A DNA stretch of 56,489 nucleotides, filler included, from Sphacelaria rigidula (lineage: Eukaryota), in assembly GCA_964200075.2 (NCBI GenBank). It is 5 parts of 5 records of this genome, joined end to end, with 100 filler letters (N's around TTAATTAATTAA, not from the genome) between each part and the next. Parts side by side here need not be neighbours in the genome. Positions count along the whole stretch, not along the records: positions 22,638 to 33,855 come from CAXNAA020005222.1; positions 33,956 to 45,172 come from CAXNAA020005223.1; 3 more parts are not named here. One strand, 5' to 3'. The notes under the pieces are model-generated. The model made no database searches. It saw only the letters and a list, made by a program, of their open reading frames with translations, and was not told the origin of the DNA. Below, in pieces: positions 23,231 through 36,890 of this stretch. The position numbers and the translations under genes were made by a program. The number at the start of each line of letters is the position of its first letter. The stretch's first letter is position 1.

Positions 23231-26200
23231 GTCTCTCGACTAACTTTTCGGAATGTGAACCCTTTGACAGCCAGGGTTCGCAATATGGGTCACGCAGTAA
23301 CTTTCAAGTGAAAATTATGCCGATTCCACAAACACTTTCGACGTTAAATGTCCGTTTGTGAAATGAGTACGAGTATCATCTTCATTTTTCTGCGAGCGAA
23401 AATTGGATTGAAAACAAATGATACTCTTCCTCTACCGAAAAGGTTGTTCATTCTCGTTTCCAACCTTGCTCGAGAGAGGTCACGCGCCACATACATATAA
23501 TATGATGATGATGGCGGAAACGTAAGAAACAGTCATGATTTTCATTGATTTGACTGTCCGGTGCTGCTGCAACCTGCAAACACATACTACCAGCTCGATT
23601 CTAGTGTCAACGATATCAATGACACTGGTCCGTGGAAATTTCCAAGGATGATAGATGAAAGCCGTCAATAAACAGAAGACATTGGGTTCATGAACCCAAG
23701 GGATAGTTTTTTTCAGATTGAGAATAATAAACTTCATAATTTGCTCCAACTTGGCCAATGGTTTCATTCTCTTCGTGTGCGTGTTTGCCTGTGGCACTGT
23801 CGTGTGCTTACAACTACACGTCGATATCCTACTCAGCTACTCGGGGATATCAAAGTCTTTGGTAGCATGCCAACAAATATACAGAAGCATGAAAGGCCTC
23901 GTGCAAGGCCTGGCGGGGCATTTCGGGAGTGAAAATGTTTCAGGAATGAATCGACCATTTATCGAAATCTCGAGGTCTTGATTTCTGCCAATGGCCCGGG
24001 CGATGCAAAAAATACTTACGTTGGATTGATCGCACGGCCAAGAGCTTTCATTCGAGCCGCCCCTCGCCTCGCTCGGCAAAGCATCCCCCAGGCAACACCA
24101 GTCGATGGACGGCTTACGATCTCCTCTTTGGATTCTCGCTCTCTCAATCAAACGCTAGATCCTCAGTCTGGCGAAAACCCTGTCAAGACGGGACCCTGGC
24201 GCCATCCACACCGGCGGGGCATTTCGCAAACGTCACATCGCTGGTGATGAGACGTTCCCCCGCCCTTCACCTCCTCGCGCTGACTGCTTTTCACTTGACG
24301 TAACAGCAGGTGGTCGACGTCGATTGAACATGGATGTGACCGCAGTTCACACATGAAGCCACCACCCCTTGTCCCCGCTGTAAGCACTGTGTCTTCTTGA
24401 AATCCGTCAGAGTACAAACGCACCACCAGTTGCAAGCGTTCGCCATCACCAACACTAGTACCCACATCAGTACAGCATCACGTGTTCATGTCTACAAAAG
24501 TGGACACTTTGCTGCACCTTGTGAACACCTTGCGAAGGTCTGAAACCTTCGACAATGTGCACGGTTTTGAATGTACCGCCTCATCATGTAACCTGCGACG
24601 ATAGCAAAGTGTCCACCTGTGCACCCTACTATCCTCACGGGTCCCTGTTTCAATAGCGCAGACGCACCCAAGCTCTTGAGGAACATTCGAGGATCGTTCC
24701 CGGATACCACCGAGGGAGACAAAAAGAACCCGAACATTACCAAGTGGATGACAACAAAAAACACGTTCACGTAGCAGAAGCGAAGGGCACGTAAAACGTG
24801 CGACCATGATTCTTGGAATATGCCATGATGAGATCAACACCATACTTCTCCAAAGACACAAAGCGCAACAGAGTTTTCAAGCACTTGAGAGAACGGCCAC
24901 GCCTTCGACGTGGTGCATATCCGCTCTTCGTGATTCAAGAATTCATGTCCCCCGAACTGATCCATGATAGTTGAGCGCACACGGTACCAGCAACTGCTAC
25001 AGTATTTTGTTTTCTCTCATGAGACAACGGAGAGAAAAAAACGAGAGGAGGACGACACTGCCTTGCTCAACTTTTCGCAAAAACACGCAACAAAATGTGT
25101 AGAGAGACTCGATATTTCCCCCCAAAAAATCAAACTTTGTCGACCAAAAACATTAATCAGAAGTGGACGGGTGTATCGCCATGATTCCACACCGTCACCC
25201 ACGATACCACAAGCCGGGTAGTCCTACCGCACAGCTTCCCTTCACGTCATATCCTCAACCCTTCCCTTTTACCGGGACGAGCCCGTGATCTCAAGTGATC
25301 GATTCGTCTCCCCCCCTGTGCGTGCCCGACATTTCGGGTTCGCGGATTGGATCAGCAGTACCGCACCGCGTGGACTCTGGTCGATTTTCTTCCACCTTCC
25401 CGTGTCCTCTTGTTCAACAACGGATATCAGGTATCATTAGCTAGAAAACGTATCTACCAAGATTGAAACCTTCAAAACCTTCCGCCCCCAACCGGTTTTA
25501 CACTGTTCTAGTTACACCAGCGGGGCGCGGCAGCACAGCTACACGGCAAGAATGCTGGATGTCGCATATCAAAACCCGCACCGGTCCGCCCGCCCCCGGC
25601 CGATATTCGCTACCGCAAGGCACAGGTGGAGAAAAGGCTCAATCCTTCGAGACCACGGGTTCGTTCAGAGAAGGGGGAGGGGCTTGCAGTATGCAACAAA
25701 GAAAATGAAAGGACAAAAAATAAGCAAGCAGCTCAAAAGGGCAGGGGCGTCGGACGCAACGAATCAATCCCCACATGAGAAAAAGCCCCACGAAATGAAG
25801 GCGTTTTTCAAGACGTCTTCCGTCGCGATATTTTACGGACATGCTCGGGAGTACAGTATTTTAGAGTATACCGTGAATCCTGTTCCACGTATAGCGGCAG
25901 CATGGGTGGGTGGTTAAAGGCGGCTTCATGCGGCGTCATGGTCAAACAAGTTCGCAGTTGCCACAATCCGCAAACGGTTCAGCCCTAAACGTGACCAGTG
26001 ACCCAAAACCCAACCTCAGGGAAACCGAGAACCCTCGGGTGAGGAGCATCCAGAAGGCACCATAGGAGACGAAATATGTGCGTTGGCAGAGCTAACATCG
26101 GCACCGCACAACGCCGATTTGAGCGAGCACACGTGTACACACGCCGGCGAGCGATTGAGGACTGCAAGGCCGACAGAGATCCGAAACGCGACGTTTACAG

Positions 26201-26585
26201 TGAAACTCATGAGCAGCAGAGCCAGCGACTATTTCGCTACAAATTCGCGAAAACAGTACATATTGACTGGGTGGTTGATTGCCTTGTGCGGTTTCACCCT
26301 TTCCGAACCCACCACAAGCATACAGAAACGCGCACAATAGATACACATACACAAAACATTGATACAGCACCAAAGTTGAATAAATACTGTTTAGACTTCG
26401 ATCACCACGATTTACCACCGCATTGCGCTGTAGAGAACCGAAAACTAGACCAATAAAAAATGGGGATTGAGGAGAAGTGTAAATTCCAAAAGGTGAGGTA
26501 CGTGTACCGTCGATAACCCGGATGAACAAACAAGAGAAAACGAGCCAAAACACGGATGACAAGAAATGACAACAAAGACAGTAGT

Positions 26586-26587
<2 letters not shown>

Positions 26588-26628
<41 letters not shown>
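26588..26628. repeat. (CAG)n microsatellite downstream of the BCAT stop (likely 3' UTR)
   Basis: Direct reading. Other microsatellites: (GTT)n ~27694-27725 and (CTA)n ~37870-37917. Confidence 0.95.
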
Positions 26629-26720
26629 CCGACAAGAAGAAAAACTAACACTAATAAAACGAGAATGAATAATACGACCGACTCAAGCTTCTTCTCTCCA
26701 TCGTCCGTAAAGCGCTTTCG

Positions 26721-27693
26721 TCAGACGACTTCCATCCAGCCAAACTTGTCTTCTATTTCGCCAGCTTGCACCTGTCGCACCGTGTCGTAAAGTGTTTGGC
26801 ACACTGGCCCCATATCGTCCGATCCCTCGTTGATCTGTATAACCTGGTCACCCACGCACCCGGAAGTGGGAAAGAATGGGGGGCGCGGGGGGCGGGGATG
26901 ATACTGATGTAGAAGCACATGACATGACATTTTGGCCCCAGATTTATGGTTAGAAAGTTGCACAACAATGGGGAAGCCCTTCTTGGGTGGCTCGCATAAT
27001 GTTAATGCCTTGTCGCGATTCGATTCCACTGAGGCATCAGCGCTCAAATCTAGGGGTTGAGGGAAGTAGCACTTCATGAATAGACGAGGCTCCTACCGAA
27101 CAGTTGTTCTTCACGTGTAGTAGCGGAAGGTCGGCTAAAGTGTGCATCTGGCCCGCATATCATCAGACCAAACTACATCGTTCAACAAGCAAAAAGCAAC
27201 GATGGAACGATTGAAACATCTCCTGCATACATTAAAAATGCCTCCTCTCACATATTGCAAACGAGGTTGCTTTCCAATTGCGGTGTGTGGCTTTAGTAGC
27301 TACAATATTTTGTATCACCCCGCCATGCACCAGCTGGATGCAACATGTTCGCCAACAGACAGCGCTGCGTAAGCTGAACGGGAAACATGTCTCAGAATAC
27401 CTGCATATGTCACAATATCTGGTACGCCGAGGTCCATGATTTAAATTGTTAACGACGCCTCGAGACACGTGCAGGTAATGTACGACAGTGAGTCGACAGT
27501 GCACGTGCGGTAGTATAGCGTGACTTCTGTACGATCGCGTTTGAAAAGAGGTCCCAGAAAAGGAGCATCAGGCTTTGTACGAGCGACTACGCGCATCTCC
27601 TCCGACGCTTTCAATAGGAGTACAAAATCGCCACTTTGTCACTTTGTGCACGATGGTGGACAAAACCGGGTCGAAGGTCTTGCAGCTCATCGC

Positions 27694-27724
<31 letters not shown>

Positions 27725-30700
27725 GCTGCTGCTGCCATCTTTACATCAAAAACCGCTCCGATATCTACGGAGTACTCCGTACTGGGCATCTGATGCGGAC
27801 GCCTTGCGTGGTCACAAGCTAACTTTCCCAATATAGGGTGAAAGAAAGTCAAGAAAAAAAACGGACCCAGAACAATTTCACACAGACGCGATAAAAAAAA
27901 ACAGTAAAAAAGACGAAAACGATATGAATACCACTGGCTCCTTAAGTTTCATTGCCGTATGCAACCATTCAGGCTACTGTAGACAGGACTCATTGGTCCT
28001 CTCGACACGCGAGGCCAAACAGGAAGGGGGCCAAACTCAAGAACCATGATCACCAGCCATAGCGACGAGAATCGCAGAGATTCATCCTTGTACTTCTAGA
28101 GGGACAGCCATGTGTACGAAAATACTAGACATAACAAGAAGAGCACCACATATCAACACACACCACCTCGGGGGAGGGGTGCATGAAAGTCAGGAAATAG
28201 TAGGAAAAAAGAAGACGAGGGGAAATTATGGGAAGTCCTGCCACTTCCGCCATGCTCAGTTCGGTACACGCTGGCTGCGCATTCTTACATCCCCTCCCTG
28301 CTCGCTAAACGATGTTCTTCTTGGCTATTTGCGATGACGATTCCTTTGAATCCACCGGGCCTCGTTTTCTGCGGAGGAGGAAGAGGGGTGTGTACTCATG
28401 ATCTTGCATGCCATGACCATCAACCTTTGACCTCGCATCCCTACGAAGTCGGGACGGAGCACGATGGGCGTTCGCCGGGCCAGGCTCGGAATCAATCACC
28501 AAGCGCGAAGCGCCTGATGTGTTCCGCGAGTCGCATGAGGGATGACCTGCATCCTATTAAGATTGTTCGGCCCAGAGCATACTGATTGCATTGCATACGG
28601 ATGATAGCCTCCAATGAGTTGCTTCATTTTCTCGTATCGCCACGTCCAGAGACAGCCACGGGTTCCACACTGCCTCATGAGTGTCTCACCATTTCAAGAC
28701 TACGCGGAACCATCATCCCCTTTGTGAGGAGTCGAAACTCTCCACTCCGCACAATATGATCCGAATCGACCATCATGGTAACCGCAAAAAAAATACAAGC
28801 GAGGAAAAAACGGCAACTTGGTTGCCTAGCTTACGCAGTGAGTGGTGTGTTTTATAGCGCCATTGCCAATCGACGCCAACCCTTCACTAAGGGAGCAGGG
28901 GGGGTGGGGGGCGTACTCATTTGTTGCTTGCCTTCGTCGTTCGACCATTGACCACGCATTCCTTTCGAGACGGAGCAGGTGTACTCATGACCATGCATGC
29001 CATATCCATTAGAGCAGGGGGAGATTAAAAGATGTGACTCTAGCCAGGCGCAACACTGTGCGTATGTTTTTGCAAGTCATTTTCCAGCGAGCCCCCCGTG
29101 TACGCCAGTGCAGACTTCTTGTTACTTGATTTCAATGTACAAAACATCCTACATTCAAAAGTACAAAACCTTCACAGTTCAGGGGTCAGCCTGTTTTTTC
29201 GGTTAGGCCTTCGCCTCCCCTCACTATCTCCGCTCCCTTCTCTCTCCTCACCTCCTCCCCCGTAACGATCCGCTTTATCGGCGTCATCACGACGGCTGTA
29301 CCACACGCGGCCACCTCCTTGAACGAAGCTACCTCGGCAAGGGGCACAGGCCTCTGCTCCACTACCATGCCCATGTCTGCCGCCAGCTCCATGAGGGACT
29401 TGTTGGTGATAGACGGGAGGACCGCGGGACTGTCCGGCGTGACGTACTTGTTGTCCTCCGTGACGGCGAAAAAGTTGGAAGTGGAGAATTCCTGTAGGTG
29501 AAAACATATAATGAGGCGTTTTTCAATGTCTTACTGCGTCATTATCACCATCATCGTCCACACAACGATTTTGAAAAGGCGTGCAAAAAACTTGAACATA
29601 TTTCACCACACTTGAAAGTTTTTTTTTTGTTCACTTTTTTTTGTCGAAATAAGATTTTGATAAAAAATCAAGACGTGAATAATAAAAACGCGCTATTGAA
29701 TCACACCACACGGTGCTCATGAGGTTGACGGCATCGGATCTAGTCGATGCAGACAAACACCATGTGGTTCACAGCTTGCAGTACGGGCGCCGAACGTCGT
29801 TCATCTCCGTTCACAGTCCACAGAAACGGAAACGCTGGAGGCGACACGACCGATTGGTTGCTTGATGGATTGAATACTTTTCGATCTGTCTAGAGTGAAG
29901 CGAGGTATTTATACGCCAACCGTTGATGTTTCTGAGAGCTTTTCCATCGGTCACTGCTGGAGGTCATCCCCCTTTACAGAGAGAAACCAGTACGTCGCTC
30001 CAATGTCAGATCCCACGATTGGTTTCTCATCGGAGACTATTTCTAATGTTTCCGCATCTTCGATACCAAAGCAGTGGCTATTCGGTCAGTGCATCCTGAA
30101 CGCACATCGGAGCTGTCACTCTTGGGGGACAACGTCGTGCAGTATCATGTAGTATTATGTACTGCATACTATTGGAATCGGATAACATTAGGCAAAAAAT
30201 ACACGAATGTCCTGTTTTAGTCATTATCGTAGCAAACAAAAACGAATAGGAACAACAGCAAATGGTAATCAAAAAACCATTTTGTAAGCCGGTTGATGTT
30301 GTCGGATTGACAAGTCAGACGAGGCATGTCGTTTCTAGAGGAGAGGGCTCCGATAGCTATTCCGGGGGAGGGAGGGTGACTGAACAGTATGACATCCGGA
30401 TCTTGACTGCAAAATCCCTAGCACCTGCAAACGAAGTCAGTGGGGATCCCGATCCCGACCAGAATGTTCATGTTACAGACGTTATCAACAGTTGAGGACA
30501 TATGAAAAAAAATGACTCTCCCCAGTCCCTCAGTATTGAACCAGCGACCATCGTTTCCGTCCACATACGCGTGCCCGCGATGCGCCTATATAAGCTCCTT
30601 CACCAGCATCAACACGTGCTCCGTCTCGAAAGGGATGCGTGGTCAATGGTCAAATGACTAAGGTGATAAACAAATGAGTACGCCCTCCTCCCCTTCAACG

Positions 30701-33533
30701 GCTGACGTCGGTTGGCAACGTTGTAAAGCACACAACTCACTGCGTAAAAAAAAGCTGGGGAACAAGGTTAAATATTCGTTTTGCGCACTTGCGTTTTTCT
30801 TGGGGCATCCACGACGGTGGTCGACTTAGATAGTACTGTGCGGGGTGGGAGAACTTGAACTCCGCGCAGAGGGAGTGATCGTACTACGCAGCGTCTAAAC
30901 GGTGAGATTCCCATGACGCAGCGTAACCCGTGGTTGTCTCTGGGAGTGGTGATACCAGAAAATGAAGCAGCTCATTGGAGGCTGTCATCCATATACAAGA
31001 TAATCAGCACGCTTCGGGCCGCACATCTTGGCAGAATGCGGATCACCATCCATGCGACTCGCCGAACACATCACGGCGCTTCGCACTTGGTGATTGCAAA
31101 ACTAATCCGGCGAAAATCCGATGTGCTCCGTCCCGGCTCTGTAGGGATGCGAGGTCAACGATCTTATACTACGGCATGCAATATCATGAGTACACCCCCC
31201 CTCCCCCACCTTCCCCTCCACCAACACCAACTCCTCCCAACCTCGGCTCCTGCTACTCCCCTGAAAACACTGCGGGAACAACAAAGCGATATCTAGATTG
31301 ACATATCATTACACATACAGCAAAGCACCTCGACAAACGTGTTGGTTTTGGCGTCCAGGTACAGCCCGATGGGAAAACCCGCTTTCTTGGCCAACATATT
31401 TGGCAGCATATCCGCCGCGTAGTTTCCCGCAACCTGCCAAGCGGCCATAGACACACGCACACACGCCGGCGTGACGCGCCCGGTGGGCGAGAAAGGGCGG
31501 ATGAGAAAGGTGAGGGTTGGTTATTATCAGAGCACCCACTTCCTGCTCTTTGCTTGCCGATAGAGGCTGGTTCACGCTTATCCAACTGAAGACACTCATC
31601 GGCAAAAGTTTACGCCGTTTTCAGGAGCGAGACCCTCAATTTTTGCACAAATGTGCTACGGATCATTTCGCAATTTCGAAGGCCGCAGCTAAGTTCAGGA
31701 TTTTCTTCGCCGTTTTCAGGGGGTCCCGGGTTTTTCGGAGAAACTTGCATCCTGTCTGACCCCCGAAAAACGGTGAAAAAATTGAAAAAAAATCATTCAC
31801 CCGAAGTTTGCGTAGTGACCCATAGCACATTTGTGCAAAATTTCACAACATAGCTGGCAGAACGGCGTGAACTTTTGCGCGTTTGTGCGATGAACTTTTC
31901 TGTGCCACGGTGAAACCGCGAACCACTTGACGTTAGTATGAAAACGGCGGTTGGGGGCCTTTTTTGCCGTTAACATGAAAATTTCAAACATCAGTCAATC
32001 AAGGTTGGCCACGAAACTTTGTGGGGCCCTTCCTTGGGTTATGCGGCGACAGTTCGTCCTAAAAAAGTGAAAAAAAAATATCGCAGTGCCGGTCTTCCGG
32101 GGTCCCAGAATGGACACTACTGTACTTCGAACAAACGACTCGGATTCCGTCTAACCCCGAAAAACGGTGAAAAACGGTGAAAATGAAAAAAAAAACTCGT
32201 CCATCCGAAGTTGCGTGGTGACCCATGGCATATTTGTGCAAAGTTTGAGGGTCCAACTCCTAATAACGGCGTAAAGTTTTGCGCATTTGGGCGAGACGGG
32301 AGCTTGAAACGTGCAGACTCCCAACTGCTTGGTTTTCGTATGAAAACGCGTCTTCTGGGTGAATTTCACGCCAAAGCAAGAAAACATCAACGAGATTTTC
32401 GAGTTTCTCGATCAAACTTCGTACATGTGTTCCTTGGACTATCCCGGGACGCATCATTTTATTTCTCTTCCTTTGAGGCATTCTGTACCGCCTTCCGACG
32501 ATCTTCATACTGGCACCGCCGGAAGCCGGTACAGAACATGAATTTTGAAATATTGTCAAGAATGTAATTTTCCATTTTGAGCATCAATACCTACGGAACA
32601 GTCAAGTTTGAGGGCGAGCTGAGCTGTTCTACAACAGATAAGAGGGAAACCGTCACGAGGCTCCCTGGGCCTTTCGCGCGTATCATTAGTGGAAATTTAG
32701 ACGACGCCGAAACTCCACATCACCCAAACATCACAATTTCGGGTATAATTCGACCCCGTAGAAACGATTTTCAAATATGTTCTTTTCAGTTGACACCTGA
32801 CGATGGCGGCTACTACGACTTGAGGTATGCGGAGATTGGGTGACAGTGGGCTTGGGATTCGTAATTTCGATCTCGGAACAATTTGAAGGGCGCTGAGTGG
32901 TCGAGGTACCTTTTTGCCTTTAGCGCAATCATTATGGCCTCGAACATAAATCCGGCTATGTCACGCTCTCCAGCTGTCCATGGCGGTCAGTATGATATCA
33001 TGTATGAGACTATTGGGTAAGTATTGCGAAACGCATTTACTGGTGACACAATTTTGGGTGGTGAGCGTGAACCAGCCTGTACCACACTACGTTTGCCTGT
33101 AAACTCATCATAGCGTTACATAACACAAGCGGTAAATAATTTGAGCACCGCATCCTGGTGCTTGTGCTCACTCGCCAATCATGCCGACTCACACTCACAC
33201 AATTGTTTCATGTTTTGGAGAGTGACGAAGACACAACCCGACACACCACACCAAAGCGGGCAGGAGCGCGGACAGCAACAGCAAACGCAAAATGCACGTT
33301 TATACCTTAACGTGGCCAACACCCTTGGGGGCCGCTCGGTCAAAATCCCCCATGACCACCGCCGTGTTGGCCTTGGCCCCGCCCTTGTAGTAGTTCCCCA
33401 CGGGGATAGCCATGACCAGCAGCGTGTACTCGTCCGCCGGCTGAAGGCCAATGCGCGGGCCGGACCCGAACAGCAGAGGGCGCAGGTACAGCGCTCCTTC
33501 GTATCCGTATGGGGGAACGAACTCCATGTTTGC
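26721..33533 (-). CDS. BCAT: Branched-chain amino-acid aminotransferase (class IV PLP), 5'-partial, last four exons (231 aa)
   Basis: Exons 33533-33306, 31433-31329, 29491-29252 and 26843-26721, all phase 0 and GT-AG. Motifs: GALYLRPLL, RAAPKGVGHVK|VAGNYA (PLP lysine), LYLD...FVE|EFSTSNFF, LPSITNKS, EVAACGTAVVMTPI and EDKFGWM. Confidence 0.96.
28383..29003 (-). mobile_element. Poly(C)-ended retroposon composite (B 3' fragment + A + body + B), in a BCAT intron
   Basis: Reverse complement of 1-592. Module A is at 28913-28977 and an extra B 3' end at 28981-29003. Confidence 0.8.
30616..31212 (+). mobile_element. Poly(C)-ended retroposon composite A-body-B, in a BCAT intron
   Basis: Starts at gtgctc (30616) and module B ends at gagtac (31193). 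Flanked by a degenerate 21-bp direct repeat 30595-30615 / 31213-31233 (16/21 identical). Confidence 0.8.
31590..32560. repeat. Intronic element with an internal ~395-bp-period direct repeat (probable non-autonomous DNA transposon)
   Basis: ccccgaaaaacggtgaaaaa...gtgacccat.gca.atttgtgcaaa at ~31760 and ~32155. Ends not resolved. Confidence 0.55.
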
Positions 33534-33740
33534 CTTTTTATATAATTTTGTTTTGTTCGAGAGGGGAAAAAAACAAGAATAAATTGAGCGAAATGGAAAA
33601 CCGGAAATGTCACAAAATGAGACACACTAGACAGCTTGAGGTAATTAGTGAAATCTATGCAAGTTCATATATCGGCCAGCGATGATGATTATCATCATTA
33701 TCAAATAAATTACTGGAGATACCAACAACAATTACAAGCG

Positions 33741-33778
<38 letters not shown>

Positions 33779-33855
33779 ACCCCCTCCCCCGCCCCCTCTG
33801 GTCGGCTGACACGTGGCACGAGAGGACGCCAATACCCACACCCCCCCCGCCCCGC

Positions 33856-33955
33856 NNNNNNNNNNNNNNNNNNNNNNNNNNNNNNNNNNNNNNNNNNNNT
33901 TAATTAATTAANNNNNNNNNNNNNNNNNNNNNNNNNNNNNNNNNNNNNNNNNNNN
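33856..33955. other. Artificial contig linker
   Basis: N44-TTAATTAATTAA-N44. Confidence 0.99.
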
Positions 33956-34150
33956 TTTGAGTGCGAGCCTGGCCCGGCGAAAACCCGGCGTGCTCCGTCC
34001 CGGCTTTGTAGGGATGGGAGGTCAATGGTCTTACGACTATGGCATGCATGATCATGAGTACACCCCCTCGGCTCCTCGGTGCTCCGTCTCAAAAGAAATG
34101 CGTGCTTAACGGCCAAAAGACTGAGGTGAGCAACAAATGGCTCCCCCCGC
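33956..34150 (+). mobile_element. Module B followed by module A
   Basis: B ends gagtacacccc (~34061), then gtgctccgtctcaaaagaaatgcgtg... (A, ~34079-34140) and a C-run. Confidence 0.8.
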
Positions 34151-36537
34151 CGCCCCTTCCCCCCTGCTCCTCCTTCCCCTGTTCCTCGGCAAACGGATTT
34201 CCATCACTATTAGCGTTCTTCGTGTGCCACGACTTCGAACGAAATGGAGACAAGGGGCACTCGATAGAGATCGCTGACTTCATCGCTCCATCAAAGCAGG
34301 TATTCACTTGGGCGCGAAATGTGTCATGGGCGGAACCACGTGTCTGCCAAGTAAGCCCGCTCGTTTCTGCCGCAAAACGCTTAAAACGTGTTGACGTGCT
34401 GTCGGTACATGACAGATTCATCAGGGGCATTGACACTTCAAATGCGCAGCTTTTAGGGATCTTTGGTGCGAAAACACTTGCACATTTAGAACAAATCAAC
34501 CAAGAGTTTACATCGGTATGGATTGACGATCGCGCTACAATGGAAGTTTGGTAGTTGAGGAGTGAATTCGTCTAGAAAGGTGATTATATTCAGATAACTT
34601 ATTTTGGCAATAGAACCATCGTTCGACGACAACTGAGTACGTGCTTTCTGCTTTTGACCGACACTTTCTACAATAGCCCCCCCCCCAAAAGTGCATGGTT
34701 TTGGGAGGCAAAATCTTCACGTAAACCAAAATGGAAAAAGCCGAGTACAACGAGAAGCTGGGAATTCCCACGCTTGGGTTCGTTCTCGCCGATGTCGCCC
34801 ATATGAGGCGCTTCATGCAGTCTGAACCCAAACATCAGGCGCTCGATGACAACTATTTTCGTGACACTTTCGGGCTGGTTTTGTGGGGGGGGGGGGGGGG
34901 GGCTACCGTAGAAAGTGTCGACAACTGATGCGACATGATTTCGTTGAAATTTTTACCCGCGACGTGAAGATGGGCTGATTTTGTCAGAGTGAGTGACACT
35001 TTCGCATATGAAAAACAATTATCTCAGGTGACGAGTCCCTACAGTATAGTGCGGCGACACTCTTGAGAACCACGATATCCAACCACCGCCACGGTCGCTT
35101 CAATACGAGGGTCTGAAGACATACAACACTTGCGTAACATAATCCTGGCTCGCACAATATCAACGATGTCAAAGTGACGAATGAATAGCAATGATTTGTG
35201 AGTTTGTCATCGATGGCAACATACTCATTTTGAGAGTTTTCGTTTTTCGTAGAATTTGTGACACGTCGTTCGCCGGCGAATAGGTTTGGAGAGCATGAGG
35301 CCAACGGATCGTGCCCAAGGATCGAAGCAGACTGTACCATCATGCATCCCAACACGCTTCGTTTGACACACATGCAGTTTACAGTCGAAAAACGGTAATG
35401 TCCACCCCGACTCGGAGGTTTACATCTCGTCAGATGCTGCAGAATTTCGCCCAGAGAAGACTTTGTAGCTGAGCGTGGGCCGGGCCCAGATATATTGCTC
35501 ATGTACTAGAATTTTTCCGTGAGTGTTGTTGAGCCGCCCGGCTGCAACGTCGGCCCACGGCTGTTTGTTGCGTTTGCTGTTCTTCACGCTCAAGAGGGAG
35601 CACCCAATTTATAGAAGTGCCTATAGTTCTTAACTATCAACTTCATTACTCTACTCTGATTGCTTTTTTGCTCGACATACAGTCGAAATGGGCGATGATT
35701 TTTATGTCATTTACATGGGGACGGTATTTTCTGTTTGCTTGTTGGGTGATGTCCGTATCGTGTGGTGTTTGCCTTGGAATATTATGCCTTTCAACCGCCC
35801 GACGCACTTGAAACGGTAACATCGGTGTTGAAAGGCTCAACGATGGGTGTAAGCACAGTTCCGCTGTGATGCGATTATTGAGACAAGATTCAAGGTCACG
35901 TTTTCAGATTCCGTGATGGGTTGACGCCGTTGCCCCAAAGAATGGGGTCTGTCGAAACATAACTGACACTTGTGAGTGTCGCCCCCTTCCTCTACGGGTG
36001 TTGAACCGTCCTATTCTCGTGCGCTTCCAACAAAATTAGATGGCTGCGAGATTTTGGCGTTCCCTGATGGCGGTGGCGGAGATGGTGAAGACACGTCGTT
36101 TACCGTCGGACAAGGACGAAGTCTCCAACCTATCCGACGCCGACGTGGTAGTGAAACGCTTCCAGCAGAAACTCGATTCTTTCGAATATTTGTACTGTGA
36201 AACTCGCGGTCGGTAGGATCTGGGTTGGTGGCGGTTGCGCAGTCACCACGACTGTACTGCTGAGCACTCAATACCCTCATCGTTCATTAGTTTGCAACTT
36301 AGCCGAGACGTTCTCAGTAGGTCATATTCAGAAGATAATACGAAATATAGATTGCAGACCAACAGACGGTTGAAGAAGATCTCGTTCGATACGATGTGGG
36401 GATGGATGATGTACATTTTGATATGGCGGTTATTCGGTTGTGATGATTCCCAGGTGTAGAAATTTCAAGGAACGGCATATCCTGCGCGGTAAACGCAGGA
36501 TCGGGCTAATACCTAGCATGAAGGGGGAGGGAGAGGG

Positions 36538-36890
36538 CGTACACATTTGTTGCTTGCCGTTGTCGTTTGACATTGACCATGTGTCCCTTTCAAGACGGAG
36601 CATCGCAAGCAAGGGGGCGGGGGAGGGGGGGGGAGGTGCTCATGATCTTGCATGCCGTAGTCATATGACCGTTGGCCTTGCACCCCTACAAAGCCGGGAC
36701 GGAGCACGCCAGGTTTTCGCCGGACGAGGCTTGCAATCAATCCCCAAGGGTGAAGCGCCGTGGGATGTGCGGCGAATCGCATGAAGGGTGAGCTGCATCC
36801 TGCTCAGATTATTCGGCCTGAAGAGTACTGACTATCTTGCATATGGATGACAGCCTCCAATGGGTTGCTTCACTTTCTGGTATCGCCACT
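36538..36890 (-). mobile_element. 5'-truncated body + B + C-run + A insertion
   Basis: Flanked by near-identical tgaagggggagggagaggg (36519-36537) and tgaaggggagggggaggg (36891-36908). Confidence 0.8.

Noticed and set aside
29700-30130. Protein-like minus-strand fragment in a BCAT intron
   Set aside because: It has multiple stops and no family I can recognise.
12582-33533. Apparent biosynthetic cluster of carbamoyltransferase + PLP lyase + aminotransferase
   Set aside because: BCAT is on a different contig. The other two are only convergent neighbours 3.8 kb apart, and the lyase family is primary metabolism.
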